Notes under the pieces: model-generated
Told to the model about the DNA's origin: nothing
Database searches by the model: none
Seen by the model: only the letters and a program-made list of their open reading frames with translations
Made by a program: the position numbers and the translations under genes
Shown here: in pieces, positions 8,793 through 18,861 of the stretch
How positions within the stretch are numbered: position 1 is the stretch's first letter
Layout of the letters: every line of letters begins with the position of its first letter
Virus record (IMG/VR): IMGVR_UViG_3300010355_000588
DNA length: 64,000 bases
Direction: 5' to 3' (one strand)
Origin: a virus
Lineage: Duplodnaviria; Caudoviricetes

Positions 8793-10148
8793 TTATTTCA
8801 TCAAATTCATTACTTCCGATAAAAGAATATTGTCGCCATCTGCCTCTTCTGCACGAGTGGCCGTATAATCAGAAATGGTAAGATCTGTATAGTTAATAAA
8901 GAAGTTTAGCGTCTTGCCGCAAAATCCAAATCTGTTTTTAATTATGGTAGAATTCATTTTAGACGCTTCTTTATCGCCCTCAGCTTGCCATAGCGTAGCA
9001 ATGAAGTCTGCTGTCATGGCGATCTGTGAAGAGTCAGAAATTTCACCCATGCCTGCTGTGTTTGTATTATAACCGGAACGATTTAGTTGCGACGCGGACA
9101 ACGCCGGAAAAGAATATTTGTAGGTCAGTGCTCTAATTTCTTTAGCAACTTGGCCTACTTTCTCGTACGAATTGAGACCTTTAGATCCTCCGTTTGGATT
9201 CAGTAGATTCAGATAGTCAACCACAAGCAGATCAATCTTTCTACCATATTTCATCTGCACGTTCTTGACATAGTTGCTGATAGTAGCCGGGTTGATAGAA
9301 TCTGGTGGAAATTCCTTGATGAGAAGCTTCCCACCTGGATATAACTGTTCGAAATTTCCAACCTTTACTTTAAGTTCGTCGATGTTCTGATGAAGCTGAT
9401 TTACGTCGATGCTTGACAGATGGGCGTCGATGCGCTTGGTATAGACATATTCGCTCATCTCCAGCGATAGAATAGCTACGAACTTGTTTTGCTTTAGGAA
9501 ATTCACAGCAATGTTGGATAGCATCAGTGACTTGCCTAATCCAGGCTGTGCCACGAAGAAATATACGGCCCTTCCATTAGTAGATAAGCCGCCGTGAAGC
9601 TCCTTGTCGAGATCTGTCAGCAAGGTTGGTGTCATCTGGTCAGGTATTGCAAGTTCCTCGAGATGCCTCTCGAAGTCTTTGAAGTAGTCCATGCCGATTC
9701 CGTTATCCAATCCAAGGCTGGAGATCTTCTCGAAGAGGGTCATGCAGCTCGACATGTCACGATATTGTTGGATCTTTTCTAAATTGTCGATGATGGCATG
9801 GTATGTAAGCTTTCCCTTTATATGCGACAAGACATTGTCCTTGACGAATTCTTCATCTTCTTCTACGATGATGTTGAGCGCCATATGGACATCGTTTTTG
9901 ACTGCAAGCCAATCCATTTCCTTGTCTGCTACGTATTTCTGAAGGATCAGCTCGTAGGTGTCCGTCTTGGGAAACTTGTCATATTTCTTATGGTATGCAA
10001 GCAATACCTTGACAGCCACTGCGATGTTTTGGTTCTCGAAGATTCTGGCATCGAAATTATTGGCTATCAGATCAAAGAAGTCGCTATCGGTATAGAACTT
10101 CTTCAGGATTAGCTTTTCGACTACAGATGGATCGAGTTCTATCGCCAC
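8793..10148 (-). CDS. Replicative DnaB-type helicase (gp41-like)
   Basis: AQPGLGKS, SLEM, VVDYL, SQLNR, KNRFG; start reassigned to GTG 10148 after GGAG. Confidence 0.93.
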   Translation of the reverse strand: MAIELDPSVVEKLILKKFYTDSDFFDLIANNFDARIFENQNIAVAVKVLLAYHKKYDKFPKTDTYELILQKYVADKEMDWLAVKNDVHMALNIIVEEDEEFVKDNVLSHIKGKLTYHAIIDNLEKIQQYRDMSSCMTLFEKISSLGLDNGIGMDYFKDFERHLEELAIPDQMTPTLLTDLDKELHGGLSTNGRAVYFFVAQPGLGKSLMLSNIAVNFLKQNKFVAILSLEMSEYVYTKRIDAHLSSIDVNQLHQNIDELKVKVGNFEQLYPGGKLLIKEFPPDSINPATISNYVKNVQMKYGRKIDLLVVDYLNLLNPNGGSKGLNSYEKVGQVAKEIRALTYKYSFPALSASQLNRSGYNTNTAGMGEISDSSQIAMTADFIATLWQAEGDKEASKMNSTIIKNRFGFCGKTLNFFINYTDLTISDYTATRAEEADGDNILLSEVMNLMK

Positions 10149-10180
10149 TTGTGGCTGTTCTCCGGATTTCTTATGTTGTT

Positions 10181-11293
10181 TCAATTTGACTCGCTTTCTT
10201 CTTCTACGAGTTCTTCGAGCACTTCGTCGTTGGCAGAGTGATATTTCATATCCTTTATGGACATGGCGTCGAATTCGTCGAGAATTCCCTTCCAGCCTTC
10301 GTCGCAACGGATGAGGTCCTTGAGCCGGAGCTTCTTGTCATACCCCTTGATTCCATAGAACTGCGATCCAGATTCATGTTCGACCAATCCATATTTCACC
10401 GCATCGTCCACTAGCCCATCGTATTTTCCAGGTCCTTCAGTGAAGTCAAGATACATGGTTGCTTCATGGAATGGTTTTGCAAAAGAATTCTTATATGAAA
10501 AGAACGTCAGTAAGGTACCACCATAAAATCCATCGTAGCTTTCTTCTTCAGATTTCTTCCATGACTTGGTAAGCTGAAGACCAACTCGGCACATGTATTG
10601 AGCGCCTTTGCCTCCGGATTGGCTCTTGAGCTTCGAGGCGAACATGGCTGATGGATCGTCGTAGACGTGGTTAGTTACTATGAACGGGGTATCTGTCTTT
10701 AAGCAAGGAATGGTAAGCGACTTCATCATCGAATTGCAGACCCGAGCGCGAGTGCCCATGTCGACGACAACCTTATCTTTCTCAACTGCGTCGACAATGT
10801 CTTTATTGGATACCAGGGCTCCTAGACTGTCCAAGGCGCAGATGAATTTAGAAGCATCGCCAGCCTTCTGAACTTGTTCGATATAGTCAAGCACCTTTAG
10901 AATAGCCATCTTGGCTTCTTCGACCGAACGAACTAGAATATGTTCGATATTCGAAGTATCCATGCCTTGGTTCTCAAAGAATTCGCTCAGAGCTCCGCCT
11001 TCCGAATCGAAAAAGAAAGCATGTTCGTATTTGCTCTGCTTCATGGCGTTCGCAAACATCTTCGCCATAATGTAAGACTTGCCGGTCTGTGATTCTCCAC
11101 CTAGAATAGTTACTCGTCCACTTGGAATTCCAGTATAGATAGAACCTGTGATGATTCTATTCAGCGCATAGCAGCTGGTGTCGATATAGCCAGTCGGCTT
11201 TCCATATTTAGATTCTTTGAATGAGGTACAGCCAAGATCCTTTCGAAGGTTCTTGAGCATGCCAGCCACTCCAGACAACTTTTCTTTAGCCAT
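10181..11293 (-). CDS. uvsX: RecA-like recombinase UvsX
   Basis: GESQTGKS Walker A, FDSE, LDSLG, NHVY, SGG. Confidence 0.92.
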   Translation of the reverse strand: MAKEKLSGVAGMLKNLRKDLGCTSFKESKYGKPTGYIDTSCYALNRIITGSIYTGIPSGRVTILGGESQTGKSYIMAKMFANAMKQSKYEHAFFFDSEGGALSEFFENQGMDTSNIEHILVRSVEEAKMAILKVLDYIEQVQKAGDASKFICALDSLGALVSNKDIVDAVEKDKVVVDMGTRARVCNSMMKSLTIPCLKTDTPFIVTNHVYDDPSAMFASKLKSQSGGKGAQYMCRVGLQLTKSWKKSEEESYDGFYGGTLLTFFSYKNSFAKPFHEATMYLDFTEGPGKYDGLVDDAVKYGLVEHESGSQFYGIKGYDKKLRLKDLIRCDEGWKGILDEFDAMSIKDMKYHSANDEVLEELVEEESESN

Positions 11294-11336
11294 AATGGTT
11301 CCTTCCTTTCGTTTAGTTCAATTTGACTTAGAATGT

Positions 11337-12323
11337 TTAGACTGTAAAGGTTAGATCCAAATATTTTGTAGCATATTTTTTGGTGGTGCTGATTCTGACA
11401 TTGGTTATCTTAGGACTGAAGGCAAGCTCCATAAGCTCTCTTACCATTGGGTGGGCTGCCTTAGATTCTCGAAGACTCCTGATATATTTCCACTGGTCAT
11501 CAGTTGCTGTCATGATTAGTTCGGTCTTAAGACCATTTGGCAAGACACTGCGCGCCATTTGCGGACTTAACCCTTGGTTCAATAAGCACTCATATGCTTG
11601 GGCTGACAAAAGCATCGATTTCTTAATAGTGTCAGAATCATATTCGATGAAGGTTATTTCTTCTCCATAATTGCAGTATCTAGTGGATTCTTGGCTAAAG
11701 GAAGCAAGCCGGTGTCTGACAAGCTCGTGAGAAATGCCACGGTCGGTGACGAAGCGAAACGTGGAATATTTGGTGTCTTGCTCGAAGACATACGAATGGC
11801 CGGCAATCATGCCAGCGTGAGTCTTCATTGCTGTAGTAGAAAAAGAAAGCAATCTATCGAACTCAGGAAAGATCCTACATAATTCTCTGACTACATAATT
11901 GATTTCTATCTTTTTGGCAATAGAACCAAAAGTCGGATCGTTCCATGTTTGGTTTAGTAGAATTGCCCAAGATCTAAGATTTCCAGATATCTCCAATGCT
12001 TTCTCATCCTGTACAGTGACCTCCCTATATTCCATTCCTTCGAAGATCAGCATGTATTTTTCAAACTCGCTGAGATATGAAGAACGGGGCGTCTCTTTAC
12101 AGAATAAGCGCCTCATACTGATCCTAACATGTTCCAATACGCTATGATGGCCATTCTTGACGATCTTCTCATAGAATGCCAATGCAGACCCTTCTTTGAT
12201 CTTGTCTTCAGACTTGTAGCACACCCTTCCACATATCTCGATCTTCTTGAGGATGTCTTTTTCGTCGATGCGCTCAGCAGACTGAGGAACAAAGCGCACT
12301 GTCAAGCTTCTAGATTTATTCAT
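11337..12323 (-). CDS. thyX: FAD-dependent thymidylate synthase
   Basis: ELVRHRLASFSQESTRY signature; GHHSVLEH. Confidence 0.93.
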   Translation of the reverse strand: MNKSRSLTVRFVPQSAERIDEKDILKKIEICGRVCYKSEDKIKEGSALAFYEKIVKNGHHSVLEHVRISMRRLFCKETPRSSYLSEFEKYMLIFEGMEYREVTVQDEKALEISGNLRSWAILLNQTWNDPTFGSIAKKIEINYVVRELCRIFPEFDRLLSFSTTAMKTHAGMIAGHSYVFEQDTKYSTFRFVTDRGISHELVRHRLASFSQESTRYCNYGEEITFIEYDSDTIKKSMLLSAQAYECLLNQGLSPQMARSVLPNGLKTELIMTATDDQWKYIRSLRESKAAHPMVRELMELAFSPKITNVRISTTKKYATKYLDLTFTV

Positions 12324-13666
12324 TTCAAAATCTCCTTGAGTTCTTTTAGTTCGTTCTTCCAGATGTCCTTGGCTGAAGTGGTGGCGATCTCGTTGTGTTG
12401 CTTGGTTTTTTGAGTTAGCTCAGTTTTCAGCCGTTCAAGCGATTCCTTGGTAAGCTGTCTGATGGGCGTGTTCAATAGATAGTCGAACGACCCGTTCTTC
12501 GTGACGATCTTGTCGGCCTTCTTTAGCTTTTCAATGACATCCTCTTCTGAGACATTGTACAGTTCGAGTTCCTTAGACATGTATAGCTTGATGAAGCATG
12601 CCCTGGATATCAGCCATGAGATTTCTTGCTTTAGTTCGGCCATTTGCTTCTGGCGTCTGAGTTCGTAATACCTCAGCCTAACTTCCATGTAGCGTTCGAT
12701 AATGTCTTCGATGGATTTAGCCGTATCGTCGATGCGAATGTCCCCGTCGAGATTTAGATAGGTAAAGTTCTCAGTCACCGGCTTTACGAGCTTTAGAACG
12801 TTCTTCTTGAGATTCTGTTCGTCCTTTAGGAGTTCGGCAAGCTTCTGTCTAGTGAATGATACGACAAACTCAAAATGAGAATCAGTTGACTTATCGGCAT
12901 AGTCGGAAATTACGTCGTCTTCCTGCAGCTTATCGAGCACCTTCACATATCCAGCCAGGTCATATTGTGGCGGAATCTCGGTTATATGGATGGTGTTGGT
13001 GTTCTTGACAGAATATAGTCCTTCGAACAACCAGGAGCCATTTTCCTCAATGACCTTGCCTTTCCATCCAATATAATGGGGTGCCAATCTAGGTAGCTTG
13101 GTACCGTCGAGTCTAGCCAGCAGCCAGTCGACTACCGTCTTTGGATTTCTAGGCAGAATTTTCTGGGCGAATCCAGTAGATATGCCTTCAGATCCGTTGA
13201 TGGCGATCAGTGGCACGATTGGCAAGAGGAACTTGGGCTCGATCTTGTCGCCTTCGAATTCCTGCTCGATTAGCACTGGGGTATCTTCTTTTCTGAAGAT
13301 CTTCCAAATGTAGTCTTCGTAGCAGGTATAGATATACCTGGAAGCTGCTGCCTCTTGGATAGACCTGGTTCCGAACATGCCTTCCCTCTTGAGCAGGGGC
13401 AGGTTGTTCGATCCGACGAAGTTCTGAGCCAATCCAACAGCCACTCCGGTGAGCGACACTTCGCCGTGGATATAGGCGCAGAATTCTGCACATTTTGAAG
13501 ACAGCTGGGCCACCTTGACCGGCTGCTTGATATTATTGACCATTACTGTCCATAGAATCTTCCTAGCGCTTGTCTTCAGCCCATCGATATTAGAACCTAT
13601 CTTACGATAATTGTCGTAGACTGAGTAGTCGCAATATTCGTTACGGAAGAAGCTGTCGATTTTCAT
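12320..13666 (-). CDS. Type II topoisomerase cleavage subunit (gp52; GyrA/ParC-like)
   Basis: DGLK..RK, YIHGE, catalytic AASRY, NGSEGISTGF. Confidence 0.93.
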   Translation of the reverse strand: MKIDSFFRNEYCDYSVYDNYRKIGSNIDGLKTSARKILWTVMVNNIKQPVKVAQLSSKCAEFCAYIHGEVSLTGVAVGLAQNFVGSNNLPLLKREGMFGTRSIQEAAASRYIYTCYEDYIWKIFRKEDTPVLIEQEFEGDKIEPKFLLPIVPLIAINGSEGISTGFAQKILPRNPKTVVDWLLARLDGTKLPRLAPHYIGWKGKVIEENGSWLFEGLYSVKNTNTIHITEIPPQYDLAGYVKVLDKLQEDDVISDYADKSTDSHFEFVVSFTRQKLAELLKDEQNLKKNVLKLVKPVTENFTYLNLDGDIRIDDTAKSIEDIIERYMEVRLRYYELRRQKQMAELKQEISWLISRACFIKLYMSKELELYNVSEEDVIEKLKKADKIVTKNGSFDYLLNTPIRQLTKESLERLKTELTQKTKQHNEIATTSAKDIWKNELKELKEILK

Positions 13667-14094
13667 CAAGGTTTTTCCACAAAGCGTTTAAGGTTTTCTT
13701 TTTCTTCCTTTTCAAATTCTTCTTTGCATACGCTCACGATCTTCGCAATATCGCTTTTCTCACAGATAAGTCCATGTAAGAGCAACAGATAATTGATGGC
13801 GTCGACAATTCGCATGCCAATTGGCTCAGTACTTTTGTTTTGGGCTTCGAGAACGCCGATCTTGCTCATGTCCTTTACGAAGGTGAAGATAGATGAAAGG
13901 TGCTTGTCCAAAAAGACGGTGATGACTTTCTCGGAAGGAATTTCTTGCGATTTGCCAGTGCGCTCGAAGTTGGCGAAGACGTTCTCTTCTTTTCCTTCGG
14001 CAGACTGATATTCCCTACCCTTTTCTTCAAGTACCTTCAGAACCTTATTCTCAATCAGTTCTTTGGTGATTTCGTAGAATTCTTGACGTTTCAT
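13666..14094 (-). CDS. Nucleotide-modification-associated all-alpha protein (Nmad1/DUF1599-like)
   Basis: KGREY...FANF...K.....DAINYLLL pattern. Confidence 0.6.
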   Translation of the reverse strand: MKRQEFYEITKELIENKVLKVLEEKGREYQSAEGKEENVFANFERTGKSQEIPSEKVITVFLDKHLSSIFTFVKDMSKIGVLEAQNKSTEPIGMRIVDAINYLLLLHGLICEKSDIAKIVSVCKEEFEKEEKENLKRFVEKP

Positions 14095-14134
14095 AGAAGC
14101 TCCTTTGGTTGTGTTAGATCAATTTGACATGAGT

Positions 14135-14425
14135 TCACTCGGTTTTTAGGCTGAAAGTCAACATGGCGCACCCAGATTTGGCCTCGAGTTTGACGAAGGG
14201 GCTAAATGGACCCATCTTGCGCCTCTTCTGGAGCACTTCAGAGTAGAATTCCATAGTAACGGGTTTGGCCTTAGTTATGTCAGTCTGCCAGTCGGCTCCG
14301 GTCCAATAAAGAGGTCGGCAGCCAGACAACATCTTCGCTTGGACGATTCCAAGTTCTTCTTTTATTCCTTGCCTTCCTTTATGATTTTTATCTACCACCA
14401 CAAACCTCCAATCCACCCTTGACAA
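14135..14425 (-). CDS. Hypothetical protein
   Basis: ORF track; start uncertain. Confidence 0.45.
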   Translation of the reverse strand: MSRVDWRFVVVDKNHKGRQGIKEELGIVQAKMLSGCRPLYWTGADWQTDITKAKPVTMEFYSEVLQKRRKMGPFSPFVKLEAKSGCAMLTFSLKTE

Positions 14426-14637
14426 ATTTCAATTTGTTGGTTCGGGTTTGATGCACACCCGCCGAATGCGGCATTGTAGCCCGCTGGCTCGCAGAACATT
14501 GGGCAATCGTCGCAGCAATATGCAAATGCAAATCCATCTGTTATGGGATTGCTCCGAATAACCTACATTGCATCGGCTTCATCTTCCCCGTCCGTTCAAT
14601 GTACAGGATTCCGGCTTCATTGATTAGGATTTTCGCT
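14391..14637 (-). pseudogene. Probable decayed small Cys-rich gene
   Basis: AGGAGG then GCG (lost start), KILINEAGILYIERTGKMKPMQCRLF, frameshifted to CCDDCPMFCEP...IEICQ. Confidence 0.35.
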
Positions 14638-15115
14638 TGATCCTCCTGATTACGATTGCGTTTTTTGAGGTTGCACCAGTCCAGTTTAGCCTATCCCATA
14701 CAGGACCGCGCCCTGACAAAACATAGTCTCTGGCTGTCGGAAATTCATTTCCTTCCAGCAAACGGAACCCATCCGGAACACCCCCTGTAAAAGCCATCTG
14801 TTTCGGCTCCGTTTCGACCGGCTCGGCTCCGTCAAGTTCCCATTGATAAAGACAACCTTTTGATGTAGAAAACGTGAAATTATCACGCCTTTCGTTGAAA
14901 AAAAACTCATCTCCTTGACGGCTCCGGTATTTCTTACACCCATACATCTCATTTCCGTTGCTGTCAATTGGTGCAGCAAAACGGTATTCGCATCCAAGTT
15001 CCCAGTTTGGACTTTTCGTTTTTTCCCAAAGATATTTAGTAATTTTGTACTCAACCCTCCTGCTTGTGTCTTCGAACCACAATTTCGCGATTTCTGCATG
15101 CGGATGCCTGCTCAT
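14624..15115 (-). CDS. Hypothetical phage protein (HPHAE N-terminus)
   Basis: AAGGAG RBS before ATG 15115. Confidence 0.6.
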   Translation of the reverse strand: MSRHPHAEIAKLWFEDTSRRVEYKITKYLWEKTKSPNWELGCEYRFAAPIDSNGNEMYGCKKYRSRQGDEFFFNERRDNFTFSTSKGCLYQWELDGAEPVETEPKQMAFTGGVPDGFRLLEGNEFPTARDYVLSGRGPVWDRLNWTGATSKNAIVIRRIKRKS

Positions 15116-15372
15116 TTCTGCTCCTTTCGTTCGTCGTTCCACATGAACGTGGTTGCTCCTTTTTTGCAGTTGTTTTTCATGTTTGTTTACTTCCTATGTT
15201 ATGGTCACGTGGATATTGTTCCACAGCCAGATGATTATGTCGATCCATTTCCAGATTGCGAACGGAAGAATCAGGAAAAAGCCTATCGCCAAAGTGAACA
15301 AAACCATCAGAGATCCCGCGAATCCGTCATCCAATCCGCTACTCATTTCTGCTCCTTTCGTTCGTCGTTCCA
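15111..15372. repeat. 31-bp perfect direct repeat pair (15111-15141, 15342-15372)
   Basis: ctcatttctgctcctttcgttcgtcgttcca twice; each copy holds a stop, RBS and ATG junction. Confidence 0.9.
15194..15346 (-). CDS. Small membrane protein (50 aa)
   Basis: Not in ORF track; MSSGLDDGFAGSLMVLFTLAIGFFLILPFAIWKWIDIIIWLWNNIHVTIT; AAGGAG RBS. Confidence 0.6.
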   Translation of the reverse strand: MSSGLDDGFAGSLMVLFTLAIGFFLILPFAIWKWIDIIIWLWNNIHVTIT

Positions 15373-15546
15373 TCGGAATGCGGCTTCACCTGTGTCTTTA
15401 TCAATAACGTAGCTTCCTGCATTATTATCGATGGCCCTACTATATAGTGCTTTTTTGGTGTTTCCGCTCGATATCAGGCATATCGTAATCGTCAATAAAA
15501 CACCGAGAAAGAAACCCATCAAAAAACTAAAGGTTCCGTCACTCAC
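15343..15546 (-). CDS. Small membrane-anchored protein
   Basis: N-terminal TM segment; GAGG RBS. Confidence 0.6.
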   Translation of the reverse strand: MSDGTFSFLMGFFLGVLLTITICLISSGNTKKALYSRAIDNNAGSYVIDKDTGEAAFRWNDERKEQK

Positions 15547-15613
15547 CTCTTACCATCCTTTCTTTTTCCATTCGTCAGCCTCTGCGTACTTACGAAACAT
15601 AGGTATTTGTGCA

Positions 15614-15829
15614 TTATGCCTTTCTGTTGATAGATTCTGAGTGAATCATATAATGGATATCATAGCTGAGTTGTTCCAATTTAGCGGCATTTTTACTAAC
15701 ACGGTTTAAGACTCCAATAATTATCTTCACTTTTTTAGCTGTGCTAAAATTCTTCCACCCGTCCCAATATTTGAATTGTTTAGCATTGACGAGTTTCTTG
15801 ATCTTATTAAGTTCGTCTGAATCATTCAT
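15614..15829 (-). CDS. Hypothetical protein
   Basis: ATGA-coupled ORF. Confidence 0.55.
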   Translation of the reverse strand: MNDSDELNKIKKLVNAKQFKYWDGWKNFSTAKKVKIIIGVLNRVSKNAAKLEQLSYDIHYMIHSESINRKA

Positions 15830-16164
15830 TTATTAGCCTTCCTTTCCATGTAGTTTTCCAACGCTTTCAAATCATTACAGAACTCAACACAATCATCATC
15901 CAGCTCGTCGCGTTCGCCACTGTTGACAAGAGCATTGAAATTCCACGAAAGAACAGCCTGGACCAAGGATTCCAATTCGCTTTCCGCCAACAGGTCTACT
16001 TCTTCTCGAGCTTCCTTTTTGTTACATGAGCCATCTTGCCAGTCACGATACTTGCATTCCTTTTGACGATGGTCGGCCTCCCGATGTTTACAATTTTTCC
16101 ATATTTCACAGTTGTGAGACATTTGGCGATGGCACTGGTTGGTTTTTTCAACAGCATCGTTCAT
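15826..16164 (-). CDS. Hypothetical Cys-rich protein
   Basis: ATGA-coupled ORF. Confidence 0.55.
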   Translation of the reverse strand: MNDAVEKTNQCHRQMSHNCEIWKNCKHREADHRQKECKYRDWQDGSCNKKEAREEVDLLAESELESLVQAVLSWNFNALVNSGERDELDDDCVEFCNDLKALENYMERKANK

Positions 16165-16514
16165 TTGGAGAGCCCCTTCTTATAGATTTCAACGAGTTTA
16201 GCCTTGTCGCTAATGGCATAGATCTGTCCGGCATATTTGGGCATGAGCTTGTGGACATAAGCCATCTGGCGGTCGGTAATCCGACGGGTTTTGGATTGTT
16301 CGTAGATCGAGCTGAGAAAAGTGGCGTCGAGTCCGTTGAAACCAATCCCATTGTCATATTTGGTCTTGGCTGTCATTTGTTCGTCTTCGGTCTGGTGGAG
16401 ATAGATACGTTCGAGACCACGGAGGGCCCAGGCACGGTTGGTGTGAAGTTGCTTCCGAATGAACGATACCAATTCAGTTTTGGTGGGTTCGGCGTTCTGT
16501 TTGGCATTTTTCAT
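16161..16514 (-). CDS. Conserved-type phage early protein
   Basis: QTEDEQ...NGIGF..DA.FLSS...KYAGQ; first gene after early promoter. Confidence 0.65.
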   Translation of the reverse strand: MKNAKQNAEPTKTELVSFIRKQLHTNRAWALRGLERIYLHQTEDEQMTAKTKYDNGIGFNGLDATFLSSIYEQSKTRRITDRQMAYVHKLMPKYAGQIYAISDKAKLVEIYKKGLSK

Positions 16515-16543
16515 TTTGATCTCCTTGATTTTCAGTATAGTAT

Positions 16544-16577
16544 ATGATACAATGAAAGCGGTTGACTGTCAACCGCC
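16544..16577 (-). promoter_or_regulatory. Early promoter with -35 inside an inverted repeat
   Basis: TTGACA-17-TATCAT; GCGGTTGAC-N-GTCAACCGC. Confidence 0.8.
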
Positions 16578-16603
16578 CAAAGGAAAATAAATGAAAAATA
16601 ATT

Positions 16604-16852
16604 CTATCTTCTAGTACGGATGATTCGTTTGTTACGTGTGATGGTTCTGATCTTCTTTTTTCTAACAGGAGTGCTGACTGATATGTAAGAATAATGAGGT
16701 TGTTCCGCTGGAAGATATTCCAATTCGGCCAATTTGGCCTTCAATATTGAATCATCTGATGGCTTAATCCTATCTAATATGATAACGCCCAAGACCATGG
16801 AAGGAATAATGACACACGATACCAATCCAAAGATGAACATCAGAATATCCAT
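16604..16852 (-). CDS. Small membrane protein
   Basis: N-terminal TM helix, basic tail. Confidence 0.55.
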   Translation of the reverse strand: MDILMFIFGLVSCVIIPSMVLGVIILDRIKPSDDSILKAKLAELEYLPAEQPHYSYISVSTPVRKKKIRTITRNKRIIRTRR

Positions 16853-16853
16853 A

Positions 16854-17801
16854 TTAGTCTTCCTTGGCTGACTGGTTGTTCGTGTCGTCTACATAAATAA
16901 ACGCTACCTTATTTCTGACCGCCTGATCCACCTGAGTCTTGGACAAATAATGCCAGGTCATTTCTCCGGACCGCTTTGCTATTACCAGACGTTTGACCTC
17001 GCCTTTGTCAACCACTAATGGATATCCAGCATCTTCATATTCATCCAATCCTAAAGACAATCCTTTTCTTTGGTTTTCTTCAGCGACGGAAAGCTTATCG
17101 ATTTCATCAAGCAACTCAATAATTCTTGCTTTCAACTCTGCAATATGTTCGCCCATTCCCCTTTTATCGGATTTTAGTCTTGTATTTTCCTTCTCCAGTT
17201 CTTTGATTTTGTCATGATCTTCTTTCTGGGTAGTTTGCCTGAGTTTTGAAACTCCCAGGGCTGCGTTAACCTTTGTAATTTCAACATTTAGATGCTCATT
17301 GATAAATCTATATTTTTCGTTTTCCCGCAATAGTTTGGCGTTTTCTTTCTGAAGTTCTTCCAGAATCTCAACACTTACTGCATTAACCACCGTTTTATGC
17401 ACATCTGATTGATTTTGGTCTTCGACTTCTTTTTCTAACTTCTTGTTTTCGGTAGTAAGCTGTTCGATCCGATTTAAGCATTCTTTGAAAATCGCATAAA
17501 GAGCTGAATTGTCAAAAGCCAATGGACGTTGTTGACCCACTAACTTTGTAGAAAGATCAGAAAATATGCTCATTGGTTTGACATCAGCTTGGGATGTTGG
17601 TAGATAATTACGATAAAGATTCCATTGTGCTTCGTTAGCCAATACAAATATCGGAGCATTTTTTTGGGTGCCATCTCGCAACATGACATCATAACGACGA
17701 TGCAATATTCCATTCATTGACACGTCAGTATGTCCAATCCGACGAGTCTTATCATAATACTGGATGATTTCTTTCAAATTCTCAAAAAGTTGTTTGTTCA
17801 T
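16854..17801 (-). CDS. Coiled-coil protein
   Basis: Long E/K-rich heptads; GGAG RBS before ATG 17801. Confidence 0.6.
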   Translation of the reverse strand: MNKQLFENLKEIIQYYDKTRRIGHTDVSMNGILHRRYDVMLRDGTQKNAPIFVLANEAQWNLYRNYLPTSQADVKPMSIFSDLSTKLVGQQRPLAFDNSALYAIFKECLNRIEQLTTENKKLEKEVEDQNQSDVHKTVVNAVSVEILEELQKENAKLLRENEKYRFINEHLNVEITKVNAALGVSKLRQTTQKEDHDKIKELEKENTRLKSDKRGMGEHIAELKARIIELLDEIDKLSVAEENQRKGLSLGLDEYEDAGYPLVVDKGEVKRLVIAKRSGEMTWHYLSKTQVDQAVRNKVAFIYVDDTNNQSAKED

Positions 17802-18673
17802 TAGTTGTTCTCCTTTGCATCGTTGGTATTGTTGGTTCTTGCATTCCACTCATCTAACAGAGATTGGATCCTTCCATAGATAGATCCAACGTGTCCTTGG
17901 ATGAAACATCCAGATTTATGACGGCAATTCTCAGATACCGAGCCATTAGCATGAATGGCCATAGCAAATGGGGCGCCACAGAATGGACAGTCTTGAGCTA
18001 CTTTGTCTTTACCTCCAAAGACATCGTCGATGATGTTCTGAAGCTCGCCGAAATTGCTGACTGGGCTTTCTTCGACTTTGTCTCCGACGTCCGCCTCGCT
18101 GTTGGAGTAGGTCACCCATTCTTCATCAGCATATGGTTCAAGAACATGTTCTACAATGTCGTCGAATGGGAAGTAATAATTAGTTTCATAATTCTTCCTT
18201 CCATTGGCCTGAAATATGTCCGACTTAAAACAAAACGGAATAATGTCGTCTTCGAACCGATCTGAATATTTCTTTCCAGCCTGTGTCTGAGTTAGGTAGT
18301 CCAAGCGTACAAAAGACGGATCATATACAGCACCACTACTAACGAACTCCCGCAACGAATCGTTGTTTGAGAAGAAATGACCGTTCGTAGAACAAATCAG
18401 ATTTCGGTTATATCTGATAATGAAGTCACCCTCGTTAAGGTATGTCACTACTCTGTATTTTTTTCGGAGGTTCTTTTTTGGTTTTAGTTCAATTCCATAG
18501 AAATATCTTGGATTTCCTGGCAATCTTTCACAAGCGAAGAAATTACACGAACTTGGTTTAGACGAACGGACCCATTGCTGACACCACCGATAAACATTGG
18601 AAGTCGTATCTTCATTCAATCCAACCGGAATCTGGAAAGCTTCATAGATATGTTCTTTCTTAACAGCGTACAT
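17801..18673 (-). CDS. Hypothetical protein with C-terminal Lar-like Zn finger
   Basis: CPFCG...EWNAR at C-terminus. Confidence 0.5.
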   Translation of the reverse strand: MYAVKKEHIYEAFQIPVGLNEDTTSNVYRWCQQWVRSSKPSSCNFFACERLPGNPRYFYGIELKPKKNLRKKYRVVTYLNEGDFIIRYNRNLICSTNGHFFSNNDSLREFVSSGAVYDPSFVRLDYLTQTQAGKKYSDRFEDDIIPFCFKSDIFQANGRKNYETNYYFPFDDIVEHVLEPYADEEWVTYSNSEADVGDKVEESPVSNFGELQNIIDDVFGGKDKVAQDCPFCGAPFAMAIHANGSVSENCRHKSGCFIQGHVGSIYGRIQSLLDEWNARTNNTNDAKENN

Positions 18674-18724
18674 GATTATTCCTTTAGTTTAGATTCAATA
18701 TGACACAGTTCAGACATAAGTTAT

Positions 18725-18800
18725 TGGCCTCCCGAGCAGGGATCGAACCTGCGGCCTGCTGATTAGAAGTCAGCTGCTCTGTCCTCTGAGCTATCGGGAG
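18725..18800 (-). tRNA. tRNA-Arg(UCU)
   Basis: CTCCCGA/TCGGGAG acceptor, GCTGA-CTTCTAA-TCAGC arm, GTTCGAT, CCA. Confidence 0.93.
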
Positions 18801-18861
18801 AATGTTTATCCCTTGATGTTGATGAGCGGCTTGGTGGTTTTCAGCGGTCGGATTGACATGT

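Noticed and set aside
10149-10307. Arg-rich N-terminal extension of the helicase
   Set aside because: Mostly alternate-frame overlap with uvsX; RBS and upstream motif support GTG 10148
18725-18800. Amber suppressor tRNA or TAG recoding
   Set aside because: The loop CTTCTAA centres on TCT (Arg), and core genes are intact under the standard code with TAG as a normal stop
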